Shown here: piece after piece, positions 25,846 through 41,875 of the stretch
Layout: the number at the start of each line of letters is the position of its first letter
Numbering within the stretch: position 1 is the stretch's first letter
Source: Nymphaea colorata
Taxonomy: Eukaryota
Length of the DNA stretch: 64,000 nt
Assembly: GCF_008831285.2 (NCBI RefSeq)
Contig: NC_045138.2
Span: forward strand, 17,112,001-17,176,000
Direction of reading: 5' to 3'
Notes under the pieces: generated by a model
The model's database searches: none
What the model saw: only the letters and a program-made list of their open reading frames with translations
What the model was told of the DNA's origin: nothing
Made by a program: the position numbers and the translations under genes

Positions 25846-28800
25846 CCTTCTTCTCTTTCACACGCGCGCGCGTGTGTGCATGCACATATGTATATGAGAA
25901 AATGCATGAAAATAAAATTGGTGATGTTTCTTTGAGAAGAGAGAGGGGGTGGGGACAAGGGGGATGCCATTGCCCTCCACCCACCAAAGCAAGGACACAG
26001 TGCTCCAAGAAATAAATCATTAGGACGATCATATATCGAACTGTTCAAATATTCGGGTCGCTCTTTTCTTGGTTGTTTATGGACATCAAGGTTTGATGAA
26101 AATTGTGTTAGCAAATTAGCAAAGTAAATCGATAAAGCACTCACAACTTCAAATTGCTGAACCTTCACATCAAGGTATGACGGAAAATTGGAATTTACTC
26201 CTCTAAACAAAAATGTTGGTTCTATAAAATGCAAGAAAGACTTCAAGACAGGCAACCAATTCGACTTAACCCACAAAAGCCGGGGATGGCGCAGGGGAAC
26301 ATACCTTTCCAACTTAAGTCGGTTCAACCAATGGGATAACCGGGAAAAAAATGGTTGGAGGGACACTCATTTATAAATATTCATATCTGGAGGGACACTT
26401 ATATATATATATAAGTGAATATTAAATTTACGAAGGTAAAATAATGAAATTTTAAGGAGCTGGCATGGGCAACTGCCCACACCAACGCACATGTGGCGCC
26501 CGCACTGGGTCCAACTCGCTTTAAGCTAATTCAAATTCAATTTAATGAGTGGATCAAGCACCAGCATTTGATTTGACGTGACTTCTTGGTATGCAATTCA
26601 GAAGATCCATTGTCCAAATGAGCCATGAAACAAGCAACTTGACTCCAATGGTGTACATGCATGCGCCGATATGTACGTGCAAATTGACTAAACGCACTAC
26701 TACCTGTTTCTATTACTTGCTGCCTGCTAATAAATGCTTCGTTTATGAACCCAACCACTCTTTATTTCATTTCTAAACTTAACCCCCCGAAAATAAACTA
26801 AATATGCTAAATGTAACCAAGGGTTTTAAATAAAATTCTGCCTATCTTGAAAAGAAAAGAATAACCATAGCGCACTCAGTAAGATTCTGAGGACAGGGTT
26901 GAGAGAGAGAGGGAGTGTGTGTGTGTGTGTGTGTGTTTGATAAGAACGTCAAAACAACTTTGCAGTTATCCTCTCATGTGGCCGATCAGGTTCAAAATGA
27001 CCAAAAAGGTTTTTGGTTTGTAGAAAAAACTCCTTACCATGAGGGTGAATATGTTCAATAAAAAGTGATTTTAAATAATTTATTTCTTTGCTCCACACAT
27101 TTGAACATTTGTGTCGTGCTTGATTCTAGCGTCGGCAGTGCGCTCTAATCATATTGCCTCAATCTGCCTTCCTCCAAAAAAATAAAAAAATAACTAAGGA
27201 GCACCAGTATGTGAATAAGCAAATATAAAAGGGCAATGCTACATAAACATGCAGTTTGTGTGGATTTCATGGACAAATATAGCGTGCATGTGCCTTAGCT
27301 ACTGCCCGAAAGCCTATTGATATAAGCACTTTTATTGTTGCATTCATGATTAATATTTGCACCTTCACTTGTTTCTATTCTGGAATTTAGGGTTTTTCAT
27401 GAACAACTGCGTTAGTGTTTTCTACTAGAAAGTGCCAACGAATCTCCTGGGCTCTGCGGCTGTTGTAGGCAGTTGTGTATACTAGCCGACAAAATTTGCC
27501 TTATTTACACAATGGTGCTTCATTATTTTTCAATTTTATACTAATGCCCCTTAAAATTAGAAATTACAGTGCTCCTTAGCCAGAAATTTCTGGTTTCCCC
27601 ATTGCTCCTGCGATTACTTATCGCCACTCCCTACAATTTAATTAAGCTATTTGTAAGCCGCCGACACAACAGTTATTGCCATTCTAACGTAGACATCTTG
27701 TCTGCATTTTTCCAAAACTTTGAGCAGGAGAGATTTAGTGACGATAAAATGTCTGTCTTTTTTTGTTCTTCTTCTTTCTCGTCAACAATGCATTCATCAC
27801 ACGAGGTTAACAATTTAGCATTCGAAATAAGAGCACCCGAAGGTTCTTCTGTTTTCCCTGGTTCTTGAGCTGCGTCAGGACCTTAGTTTTGAGTATTTTT
27901 TGTGAATGTTTTCTGCAATCACGAGTAAAGTTCACATGCTGTGCATCGTGTGAACAAAGCTTGCTTCAGAAAGAAATTTGAAGTGCCGTTTTAATCTTAT
28001 TGGAAAAGATTAAACTGGTTGGTAAGATTAAAGATGCTTGGAAAAGAGAAAAGCTGGAAGGATTTAGTGCAAATAAATGAGGCTGACGCGTTTTCTTTCC
28101 GTTGTTAGTCAGAACAGAGTTTCCTGTCTCACAGTAAAATGTGGCTCTCAGACACGCTTTCAGATGGGGTCCGTCCGCCCGGGACCCTGCTTAGTTAGAA
28201 GAAAACATATTCTCCGATCGGAGACGATTTCTATGGCATATGGGTGCCGATACCAACACGATTTAATCCCTATCTGTTGATTTGGATTGATTATTTAAAA
28301 TATCACATTTCAAACCTATATGAATAAATTTGTATAAACATTATTTATATGAGTCATTTCTTTAGATTAAAAAATTTGTATAAACGTTTGCTTGCAGTCT
28401 CACTGATCAAATTACATCGCAAGTCACCAAAAGTGCAATACAAAGAATCGACCTTGATATATTTTACATATACATGGATAATAGTATAACTAAAAAAATG
28501 CAAATTCGTATTTGAACATTTGGTGCCGAAACTAGGAGGAGGCCTCCATCCTTTATTAAGAAAGTATATACAAAATGAAAAACATTTCATTTGATGCTAC
28601 GGAAAATGATACGAAGGCATAACCTTTTGTTATATTCACTCTTAGTTTCAAAAGCTAGTGAATCGTTTGTTGTTGTGGTTTTCAGGTGAGCCAAACAAAA
28701 TCTTACTGTCTGCGTGACAAAATCCCATTGCTTGAGTGAAAGGTTAAAACCTTTTATCATTCTTGAGCGTCACTTTTGGTGTCTCCCTGTTATGTTTCAA

Positions 28801-30025
28801 CCTTCATGTTGATGTTTCTTTTTAATAATTCGAATGAGACTGTCTTCTCACCAACCCCGTTCATTGTGCCGACACCTTTAAGAATGTTTGTCACAGTAGC
28901 TACACAAGTATAATAAGCGGCAAGCATAATTTACCAGCCATATTTATATTTGTACATGAATGATATGGACATGAGAAGATCATGTGAATTTGATGGGGTT
29001 GGCGCGTGAATCCACGCCGCCCGTTCATGTCAGAAAGCATTCACATTAAGCCCTTCTGATGGGCACAGCTCTGTGGCCGCCATTGTTGCATACATTCACA
29101 TTAAGCCCCACTGCCTAAATCATTTGTACGTCTTAATAATTCCAAAAACAGTACTCAGAGACTCACTGTTGGGCTTTATATTTCTCAAAAACAAAAACAA
29201 ATTGGCAAGAGTGTTTGGAAGAAGTATGGTTGCCTTCTCTCCTCCCCCAACAAAGGACCAGAGATTTGGTCGCCTTTGTTTTCACCTAAGACAGACCATT
29301 GCATTGCGTCTAAAGGGTTTTCGATTAGCTAACACACCGGCGGCTCTAGTAAAATTTTGTGTAGACCAATTTGTTGAGTCACGCAAACACGGATTAGGAG
29401 ACCTGAACTCTATTTCCCGATATGCTAATTAAAAATGGTTTCCACTTGATTCTCTTTTCCGTCCGTATATTTTCGGCGCCAACCGGCGGTGGAGCCACAT
29501 ATGGGATTGTGTGGGCAGTTTTCTACACATTCCGACCAAATTTGTTTATTTATGTATTGGTGTCCTTCAATCATTTTGCATAGGGTAAAAGATTTTAGTT
29601 ACAGAATTTAGCTTTAGTTTCCCCTTCAACCTTTTCTTTTTTTTTTGTCTTTCTCTCAATAGTGCCCACATGTGGAGAAGAAAGCTTCCCTCCAAAGACT
29701 TTTATTTCCAAAAAATAAAGGAATGGTAGTGTGGCGCAAAAAATGCAGTGAAAATAATACAATTGGATGAGCAAGAGGGTCAAAGAGCTGTGTCAATACT
29801 AGGCGGTGGAATTTTCACGTGCTTCAACTTGCATGTAGAGTCGAGACCCATCCCTTTTTTTTTTTGTGCAAGAGCATGGTCCCCCATGAGTCAAATTGGA
29901 GGCACACTGCATAATGAGTTTCAGCCCACGCATTTGAAGCTAGTAGCCTAATAACTTTCAGGGTGAAAACAGCACATTCAAAACACAGAAAAAGATGTAA
30001 CTATAGCATTAGACTGTGCATCTAA

Positions 30026-30662
30026 GGCTTTGTTTGGATTGAGGGAAAGAGAACGAAAGGAAGGGATTCAAAGGAAAAGAAATGAAAGGGAGGAAAGAGA
30101 ATGAGAAACAAAGAGAAGGGAAATGAATGGAAAGGAAAGAGATGATTATAAAACATGTATGAACATAAAAAAAAATGAATTGCCAAAATCATATTTGTTT
30201 GGACTACATAAATAAAAGGAAATGATAGAATTTATGTTACTTTACAATAACATGTTTGCACTAGATGATGGAGAGGGGGAAGGCGGCATCGTGAACAGTG
30301 GTAAAAAGATAGACAGAGAAGAGAGACGAACCTAAAGAAATTTCTTTGTTGTAATGGTTTACGTGAACGGTGGTAAAAAAAAACTCTGAATCGACAAAGA
30401 TGTTGCCATCACGTAAAACGTTGTTCATGCATGCACAAAGAAAAAGAAAAAGGCATATACGGTAAAAAGCAATAAGCATTTCCTTTCCTTCCCAATCCTT
30501 TCAATTTTGGAAGGATTTGATCATTTTCATTTCCTTCCTTTTATTTTCCTCTCTTTGCAATCAAACAAGTTTTGTAACTTTCTTTTATTTCTTTTTTTTA
30601 ATTAATCAACCAAGCAAATGATTGACTGTTCTTTCCTTCCATTTCCCTTCCTTTTAACAGGG
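30026..30662. mobile_element. Degenerate Tourist/Harbinger-like MITE
   Basis: TAA followed by GGCTTTGTTTGGATTG. The GAAAGG-rich left half mirrors a TTTCC-rich right half. The right TIR is decayed. Confidence 0.45.
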
Positions 30663-33262
30663 CGTACCAAAAAAAGTAAATTCTTTGGTGGTGATCATAT
30701 GCCAGAAAAATTAGTTTTCTAGGGGATTTTTCTTCAAAGCCGTTAAGTTTGTGCCCTTGCGGAGGGTAGCTGATCAAGAGAGCCCTGCAGAAAGTAGGCC
30801 ACTGGATAGCAGCTGGTGATCAACTTGCAGCTTTACTGAGCACCTTGATCCAGCAAATGCTGTTCCAGAAGATTATCATTTTGGGTTTCCTTCTGTGGAA
30901 GACTTCTTTGGAATGGCATAACTGTCCACTCTTACATATCCTCGATTTCGAAAGAAGAATGACATTAACGTTCTGCTTTAGCAGCAGAGCGAGTTTTAAC
31001 CTCAAAAAACTTTGTTGGTGTTTGTTAGGCTCGCCATCTCCAGCAAATTTTTCTCGCCCCCATCATCGACTCTGTCTGTCCCTCTTTCTGTATCTTTTCT
31101 CTCGCTGTCAGAGTTATGCGTCTTTTTCTAATTTTGGAACTATTACCAAACTATTGTCATTCGCGTCGTTTTCTTTTTTGGCGGCAGTCTTTCTGCTACA
31201 TTTTTTGCGTGAATGCCAACCTCCTTTGACAATGTGGGTGATGATATTGCCTTTTCCTTTTGTATTTGAGTTTTCTGAAACTTTATCCAATTGTTTCACT
31301 GAATGATAATTCTTTTTGAAGTATATTAAGTGCATTTCTCGATATAAAAATGATAATCCTCTTTTGAACCTTTAATATTGTTCCTGATTTTCTGATCACG
31401 ATTTAACCTTTCTCAAAGTTGATGGTTTGGTAAAAGTGAATTTCATTGATAAATAAATATGACTCCTTTATCATATATATCCGAATTAAATATTTAGATC
31501 TTAACACTAAAACATCGATATTATTCTTTTACCTGAATTCAGGTCCAAATTGATCCACTTAACATTTTTGAACCACAAACTGCTTCAAAACCACACATAC
31601 CACAAAACTGGGTTTGAAATCCTTCACGGTGCCACAACACAAACCACAAACTGGGTCAAAAATCGTTCACTAACCTACCGTAGTTTCTTATACATAGAAC
31701 TGCTGTGACTCGAGACATTTCATAAATTATTTCTTCTGTTACGGGCGATCGATCGATCACACTTCGCTCAATTTTTAACTGACAGATAAACGTCCGGAAG
31801 CTTTAATTAACCAGTTGGCGTGCAAGTAAATTGGTAACGAGGAGAGCAGTTCAAGGGCCCTATCACCTACATCGGGTGAGCGAGAAGAAGGTTCCACACC
31901 ACCACCATGAGCCCCAATCGAATCGGGTGAGCAAGAAGAATGTTCCACTAAAAAAGATACAAGGCTGCCTGCTGTAGACCTAATATACATCAATGACTTC
32001 TACTTCATTGGCGCATAACTACATCACCTACAACAGTGGCAAGGCATGAAAGTTTGGCCAGAGGGATACCTGTTCAAAAACTTCCATGCCTTTAGGGGCA
32101 CTAGTGTACACGAATAATCAAACACTGGATAGCAATAATGTGAAAATAAATATATTTTTATAAGGCTGATGTAAACAACCCAGATGTAGATCAGCTCTTA
32201 ACCACAAAATTCGAAGAAGAGCAGTCGCAGTTTGTTAATGAAGTCTGAACGATCCCCCATCACCATTGAGGGATATTATTATGTCGGAGGGGAGAGCCTA
32301 CAAACTCAGACACGTCCTACGTACGACCACCGTCTCTGTGATCAGGAGATTCCGAATCTCTCTTTAACATGCGACATCGACCGAAGGGGACGGATAATCA
32401 CCTTCCCATTGGTAATTTTTGCGGATTTGAAAGGGAATAGAAAGGATTTCAGCACAAGAATAGTTCAGTCCTTTGATATTCCACCCGGAGGCTAACGGAG
32501 CTCAAAAATGCATGGTAGAACTATCAGAAGGCCCCACCATTTGGGAAGAAAGTAATGGCGACATTCAACCAGTCCCACCTGGCGGGTGATTACATACGGA
32601 CGTATTTCATTGAACAGACACTCATCAGCACAGGTCAAAAAGTATACGAAATATATGCCATTAAAATGGGGGAAATATATCTCCGTCCGCACACAACTCC
32701 ACTGATGGACCTTAGGTTGTGAGACTTACAAGGCTTGGACTTCTTTTGCACGCCACCAAGCACACCATAAGCGAAAGATACGTCCTTGGCCGTGAAAAGC
32801 AGCCATGAAACTGGTGATGCACGGGCTATAGAGTCTTTGGGAACTCATACTGGGATATACCGCCACTCTGATGTAGTTAAGAACTTAAGATGTTTCAAAT
32901 TGGTCGAGCTCAAGGAAACAGAACCAGAAAATATGAGGTCTACAGGCACACTTGTGTACTGTATATATTGTGTATATATATAATCGCAGATGACGTATGG
33001 TGCCGAAGACAAAAATACTAGCACGATTAATTCTGCTTCCAGCTTTGAAAGTATTAGGCTTGCCGTAATCAACACGAAATCGCATAAAGGAGCATAAAAA
33101 AACTGTTCGGCCAATTAGCCACAGCCATTGCAACAAACCGTGCGTCACCACGTATCTAGGTAGTTAATGGTGCAATCAAAATTTGTAAACTAGAAATTAA
33201 AAAAAAATACAGAGCATCCTTGGAGTTTTTTGGAACAAAGCATAACTACTCGAAAAGCATTT

Positions 33263-36151
<2,889 letters not shown>

Positions 36152-36176
36152 GGCTTGAATCGACAGCGAAGCGGCA

Positions 36177-36257
36177 AAACCCTAGATCTGTATCGGCGGA
36201 GCTCCAAAAGAACGCTAGGGTTTCAGGGAAGGGCGACAATAGAGACTATATATAGTC
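36177..36257 (-). promoter_or_regulatory. RPS15 promoter/5' leader: two telo-boxes and TATA
   Basis: AAACCCTA (~36177-36184), TAGGGTTT (36216-36223) and TATATATA (36247-36254). Telo-boxes are typical of plant ribosomal protein genes. Confidence 0.7.
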
Positions 36258-37175
36258 GACAGGAAGCAAATGTATTTTGCGAGTACTTCGCGTCTCCCGC
36301 GTGTAAGCGATAGGCTGCACGCTCGCAAAAGTTTTTATATCGTCGTCGATATTTTTAAAATATCGCTAAGCTTGTGTGATTCAAATGTGGAGTTTAAAAC
36401 GAAATATTAACAAGTTAAAAAAAAAAAGTTTTTTTGTTTTCCGAACTTTTTCGAATCACAATTATTCACAATTTCTTCTTATGCAGAAAGCCCAAATTCT
36501 TCGAAAAGTGTTCCCATGCAATATTCTTATGGAGTTCGGATTTATGGTGATACTGATACATGGGATAAGGTCTCGATGCACCGATATATTTGGAAAGAAA
36601 AAGTTAACGATAAATTGAAGTATCTTGGTTTTGGTTTTAGACCTACATTTTTTGGAAATATGATACCCAAATCGTTTCAAACGCACAAGGGCTTGTTTGA
36701 TATTTAAAAGTGTCCTCCATGGATGTGTTTGCTTCCAAGATCAAGTGATTCCATGTGTCCTTCAAGGGTGTGTTTGTTTTCAAGAACAAGGGATTTCGAA
36801 TGGGTGTGTTTCCAAGATCAAGGGATCTGAAATCCGTATTGACTTAAAATGTGATTTTAGATTACCTCAGCTCATCAATTTAACAAATGCGTTTTAAAAA
36901 GATATTTGACAGCAATAACAATTTATTACTGTTTCATAAATGTGTCTTAAAGGCTAAGGCCCTTCATGTTTAATAAAAAAAAAAAAAAGTAAAACCTTAA
37001 TAGGCTTTTTAAGATTTTTGTAGCTATGTTTGAATGGCTCTTCTATGGCACCGACTTCTCATCTTCAAATAGATGACTATTTAATTACCCCTTAACATTG
37101 GCTAGATTACTTTCATTGGGATCAAAGGTTGTCATGTGGTTATTGGCTAGGTTTACTTTCATTGGAACCAAAAGG

Positions 37176-37357
37176 CAGGGGCAGAACCATAAATTTTTCA
37201 TGTGAAGGCTAAATTAAAGTTTTTAAATTTTTACAAATGTTAATTTTCAAAAAATTTATATAAAATAAGTAGAATTTTCTAAAATTTACATGTAAATTTA
37301 AAAAAAAAAAAAAGTTGAGCCATGGCCCATGCAGGCCCTCCCTTGACTCTGCCCGTG
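37176..37357. mobile_element. hAT-type MITE (CAGGGGC.GA TIR family)
   Basis: CAGGGGCAGAACCA ... TGACTCTGCCCGTG with an AT-rich AAAATTTT core and a CATGGCCC subterminal motif. Same family as 44241-44437. TSD not clear. Confidence 0.55.
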
Positions 37358-40265
37358 CTATCAAGTGACTCTAGTGCCTCAGGCATGACATGCAAACCAT
37401 GGTGAAGTGTTGGGTAAAGTGCACCTCACCGTGACGCATTTTTGTACTGTTATCTACCAGCTAATAAGAAGGTCAAAGCCTCCATCCTTTTGTCGAGAGC
37501 ATTAGACATGCTTTTGATACCTTATAATGCAACTTTAAAAGGTTTTAAAGATAAATACATACACACATATATATATATATATAGGTATATAACATTGTAT
37601 TTTATGTCACTTTCTTAAACCTTGCTTTTCTGCCTCAGGATATTCTTGCTCTATTGCTTCAAGAAAAGGTTCCATTCTCAAAATTAGACTCGCTCCTTCA
37701 TCGAATGTTTGCGACCACTCACCAATATATATTCAATCAAACTCCCCAAATGCTACAACCGTTGCATTCTGATGTTTTGAACTTCAGAAATTTCTGAGGT
37801 TGGCAACAAGTCAACCACATGAAGAATACTTCCTGTTTAGTATTCTTCATGTTTACATGCGTGTTATTCTTGTTTAGTCCCCACTCTTAGGCAGCCTTTG
37901 CGGCCAGTCACAACTTCAAGGCAATGAATATCTCTCTCATTCCAATTTCCTAACTTCAAAAATAACAACTTTATTAACAAAAAATTTATCTTAATTCTCA
38001 AAGTACTCTTTCTCAATAAGTTCATCACTATGCTAGACACAATCTGTCATACTTAAATATAATCCTATCTAGCTTTTATCCCTAATTTAAATTCATGGTA
38101 GGAGCAGCTTCCTCATACACATGATCATCAAATGGTTATGTATATATATATATATATAATGAAAGCGATGCACAGTAATTTATAACTCTATTAATGAGCA
38201 TTATCTCTAATGATAAAGAAAAAAAAAACATTTGTTGTATAACTGAAAGTTTTGGAAGAGAAAATAGACAAGATTGATCTAAGTAAGCAAAACCAACCCA
38301 TGCAGATCTTTCTAACGAAATTACAAGGAATTTTTTTTACCAAAACAATATTTTTTCCAACACATATTAAAATTATTTGATCATGAATCTTAAGCTTCAA
38401 TGCCTCTAGGCCAATGACCCACATAAACAGCTCACCTCGCCCTGATGCCTTTATGCCTCTTAACAAACATCGCACACGGCAGTGCATTTCAGTCATCAGC
38501 TAAAATTTACTCCCAAGGTTTACATTTCGTTTTACCGTCTTTACAAAACATTGTTACTTGTTCTATTCTTAATGTATCAAATCATCTATTAGAATTTGAT
38601 GCATATCCAAAACAAGTTTGCTTAGTCTAAAGTACATAATTTTGTTGGACTTTGTAGGCAGTGAAAAAACTGGTACAATCACACATTTCAAGCCCAGTTT
38701 GATGAATAAAATGTTTATATCTTTGGTTTTCAAGTTTGTTTTTTTTTTGTCGGTTGTTTGGCAAATGAAACACTTTGTGATTGTGAGTGTTTTATAAATT
38801 ATGAACACCTAGTTTTAGCATTATATGGATCTACCCCAATCTGAGGTAAATTCATTGGTCTTTTAATAAGTATAATACTTTGTGAGTGTTCCATGAATCT
38901 GTTTCAAAGATTTAAGTATATTTATGAATATCTAGTTTTAGTGTCTCAACTGCCAAACAACTCCTAACATTGTTGTCTCGATCCTCTCTCAAATACATAA
39001 ACTCAAGACAATCAACCTTTGTGAATGAATGATTACCTACAGGAGATCTCATGAAATAAGTTAATTGTGCCATTATATCGTGAGATATTGTGAAAAAAAC
39101 TTAATTTTCTCCAATTCAATTTTTAATTTTGTAAATCCTTTACTATAACATTGTTTACTTGATGGAAAAGAGCAGATCAGATGATGGGGCTGGAAAGATT
39201 TGTGTGGAGTTTCAAAGATTTGTACTTCACGGCCTACTCCAAGACCACCTTTTGGTTTGCCCTTCCTTGTTGGAGAGTATTTCATTTGGTTACATAGCAA
39301 ATTATGTACCTTAGTACTAAACTCATTAACTTCTTTTAATTTGAATGTCTTTGCATAATTCAACTAGCCAAGGCAAACAAAATATTTGTGCCTTAAAATG
39401 ACCTACAAATATCTTATTTTACATCAATATCTAAGGTTGAGTAAGATGAAACTAAATAATGTAATATGAGATTTAGCTAACAAAATTGCAAAATTTTTAT
39501 AGATATCTGCATTCACTTATCCTTTACAAGTAGTTTTGAAAAAGTTATAGAGAATCAACAACATTCAAAGGAATTTGGCTTTCATCAAACACAAAAAAGG
39601 AAGTGACAATTCTATGTGAAGAACAAGTAATCGACATGCTAATAAGCTGAACTTCTAGCATAGTGCACCCATATCAACTTGTTATTCAAATTCAATGATT
39701 CTCACGAACAAAAAAACATCAGAATTAATCTTAGCTCTTGTTAAAGAGAACTAAGATCAATAACCATAAGGAAAGATATCAAAATCAAGCATATGAAGTC
39801 TTCCCTTTGAAAGAAAACCAATCTTCATGATGATCAAACTATCACACCAAAACATGTGTCACCTCTATCACCTTCAAACACAAACTAATCAATCAAAACC
39901 CAACCACATTCCCAAATTTTCACATCATAGTCACTGAAAAACTAATCTTACATCATCCAAGATCAACAAAACTGATTGAAAAGCCAAATTTATGGACTAG
40001 AAGGATCAAAATATCTACTACTCTCCAAAAGATGGAGTTCCAGACCAATGTCACTTCCATCCCTTTTATCTCCCCAATCCTTGATCCAAACCAAGCGATC
40101 AAGCACTCATTGGAAAGCTAAGGTCCTAACCTAAATACCCAAAAAGGTATCAAGCCAAATGACAAAGATAAGCCCAAGTTAGACCTAAGTAAAGTGAGTT
40201 GAGAAACACACCCAACCCACCCCCAACAATGGACCCTAAAGCCACCCCCCACAAGTGGACCATTA

Positions 40266-40398
40266 TGGGCCGTCGATAATTCCGAATCCGATGGCCCACA
40301 TTCAAAATTTTCAAGGGCAGAGATCCGGGTGAAATATCTCTGGACCAATCAGAATGCTCCTTTTCGTTGCCGTTCCTCTCCCCGTCGTGATATAAAAT
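40266..40398 (+). promoter_or_regulatory. Histone H1 promoter: site II motifs, type III octamer composite element, TATA
   Basis: TGGGCC (40266), GGCCCA (40293), GATCCGGG-N14-ACCAATCA (40322-40351; plant histone type III element consensus GATCCGCG-N14-ACCAATCA) and TATAAAA (~40391). Confidence 0.75.
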
Positions 40399-40517
40399 CC
40401 CTACCGTCGTCATCGTGCTCCGCCATCCGCGATTCCATCCTCCTCATTCTCCTGTTACTTATCTGCGCCTGCTCTCGGATTTCCTGCTTCAGTTTCCGGC
40501 AACGTTTCTCTCTGAAA

Positions 40518-41875
40518 ATGGCTCCCGCAGAAGGCACCGACGTCGCGGCTCCGGCTGCTGATACCGCTCCCGCACAAGCAGCGGAGAAATCCAAGGTTAA
40601 GAAGGCGAAGAAGCCCGCCGCTGCCAAGGAGGCCAAACCGAAGAAGGCTTCGGCTTCTAAGGGCTCCAAAGCCCCCCTGTCTCACCCCTCCTACTATGAG
40701 GTAGATCTCAATCTTCAGTTTCGTGTAAGTTCATTGTATGTAGTTTGTCGTTTGACTGTGGGTGGTTTTATTTCGGTGTTGTACTGCTTTGGGATATTTT
40801 CCCGTTTTGGTTTAGTTGATTTTGTTTGCGTTTGTGGTAGCCTCTTGAGATGCCACTCTCTTGTTTTGAGTTCATTTTCTCTGGTTTTCTATTTCATTTT
40901 AGGGTTCTTCTTTGTACCCTTTTCTCTTATTAAGTCATCTTACTTAAACTTATGGTTTTGCGTTACAAGTATTAAAAGTTTGTTGAGTTTCGGTTTTGTC
41001 CGATTGATGAACCGTTACGGGGACTGTTTTGTTATAGTCTCTGCAATCATTTGCGGAATTTGATCCACTTGCACGATCTCCATTAACTATCCGAGACACC
41101 CATTTTCGGTTTTCATTCAGTTTCTTCATTTTCTATTGCTAAGGTCTTTGCTGCGAATCATGTCTTCGGATGACTTTTGGTTTTTGTTCATACCCGTCTC
41201 TGGTTTCCAGAGTTCATTTTCTTTGGTTATTTGATCTTCACTACGAGTTACATTAGATTCTCATTTTTTTTTGTTGACGATCATTGTTTGGACTATTTGA
41301 ACGCACAGATGGTCGTAGAAGCGATCAATGCTAGGAAGGATAGAAAGGGAACAAGCCAGTACGCGATTGCCAAGTTCATGGAAGACAAAAGGAAGGACCA
41401 ACTGCCCTCGAACTTCCGCAAGTTACTTCTTGTTCAATTGAGGAAGCTCGTCTCTCAAGGCAAGCTGGCGAAGATTAAGAACTCCTTCAAGGTGCCCGCC
41501 GCAGAGAAGCCCGCGAAGCCTGTCGCCCCTTCGAAGAAGCCTGCCGTTGCAGCGAAGCCGAAGGCCCCAAAGGCTGCAGCAAAGCCTAAACCAAAGGCTG
41601 TTGGAGCAGTAAAATCAAAGCCAAAGGCTTCCGGTGCTGCGAAGCCCAAACCAAAGGCTGCCACCGTGAAGAAACCGGCAGGTGCAGTGGCCAAGAAACC
41701 CGCTGCTAAAGTGGCCAAGACGTCTGCCAAGTCCTCTCCTGGAGCAAAAAAGCCAGTCAAGAAGACCATGGCGAAGAAGCCGTCGGCGGCGAAAGTTGTG
41801 AAGGCAAAGAAGCCGAAAAGTTTGAAGGCAGCAAAGCCGAAGAAGGTGACGGCGGCTAAGAAGGGGGCCAAGTGA
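40518..41875 (+). CDS. H1: Linker histone H1, 2 exons, 249 aa
   Basis: Exons 40518-40700 (MAPAEG...SHPSYYE) and 41309-41875 (MVVEAINARKDRKGTSQYAIAKFME...FRKLLLVQLRKLVSQGKLAKIKNSFK plus a K/A/P-rich tail). The GT-AG phase-0 intron sits at the usual plant H1 position within the globular domain. Confidence 0.96.

Noticed and set aside
30845..31306. 153-aa hydrophobic ORF
   Set aside because: Non-ATG start and an F/L/S-rich translation of T-rich DNA with no motif.
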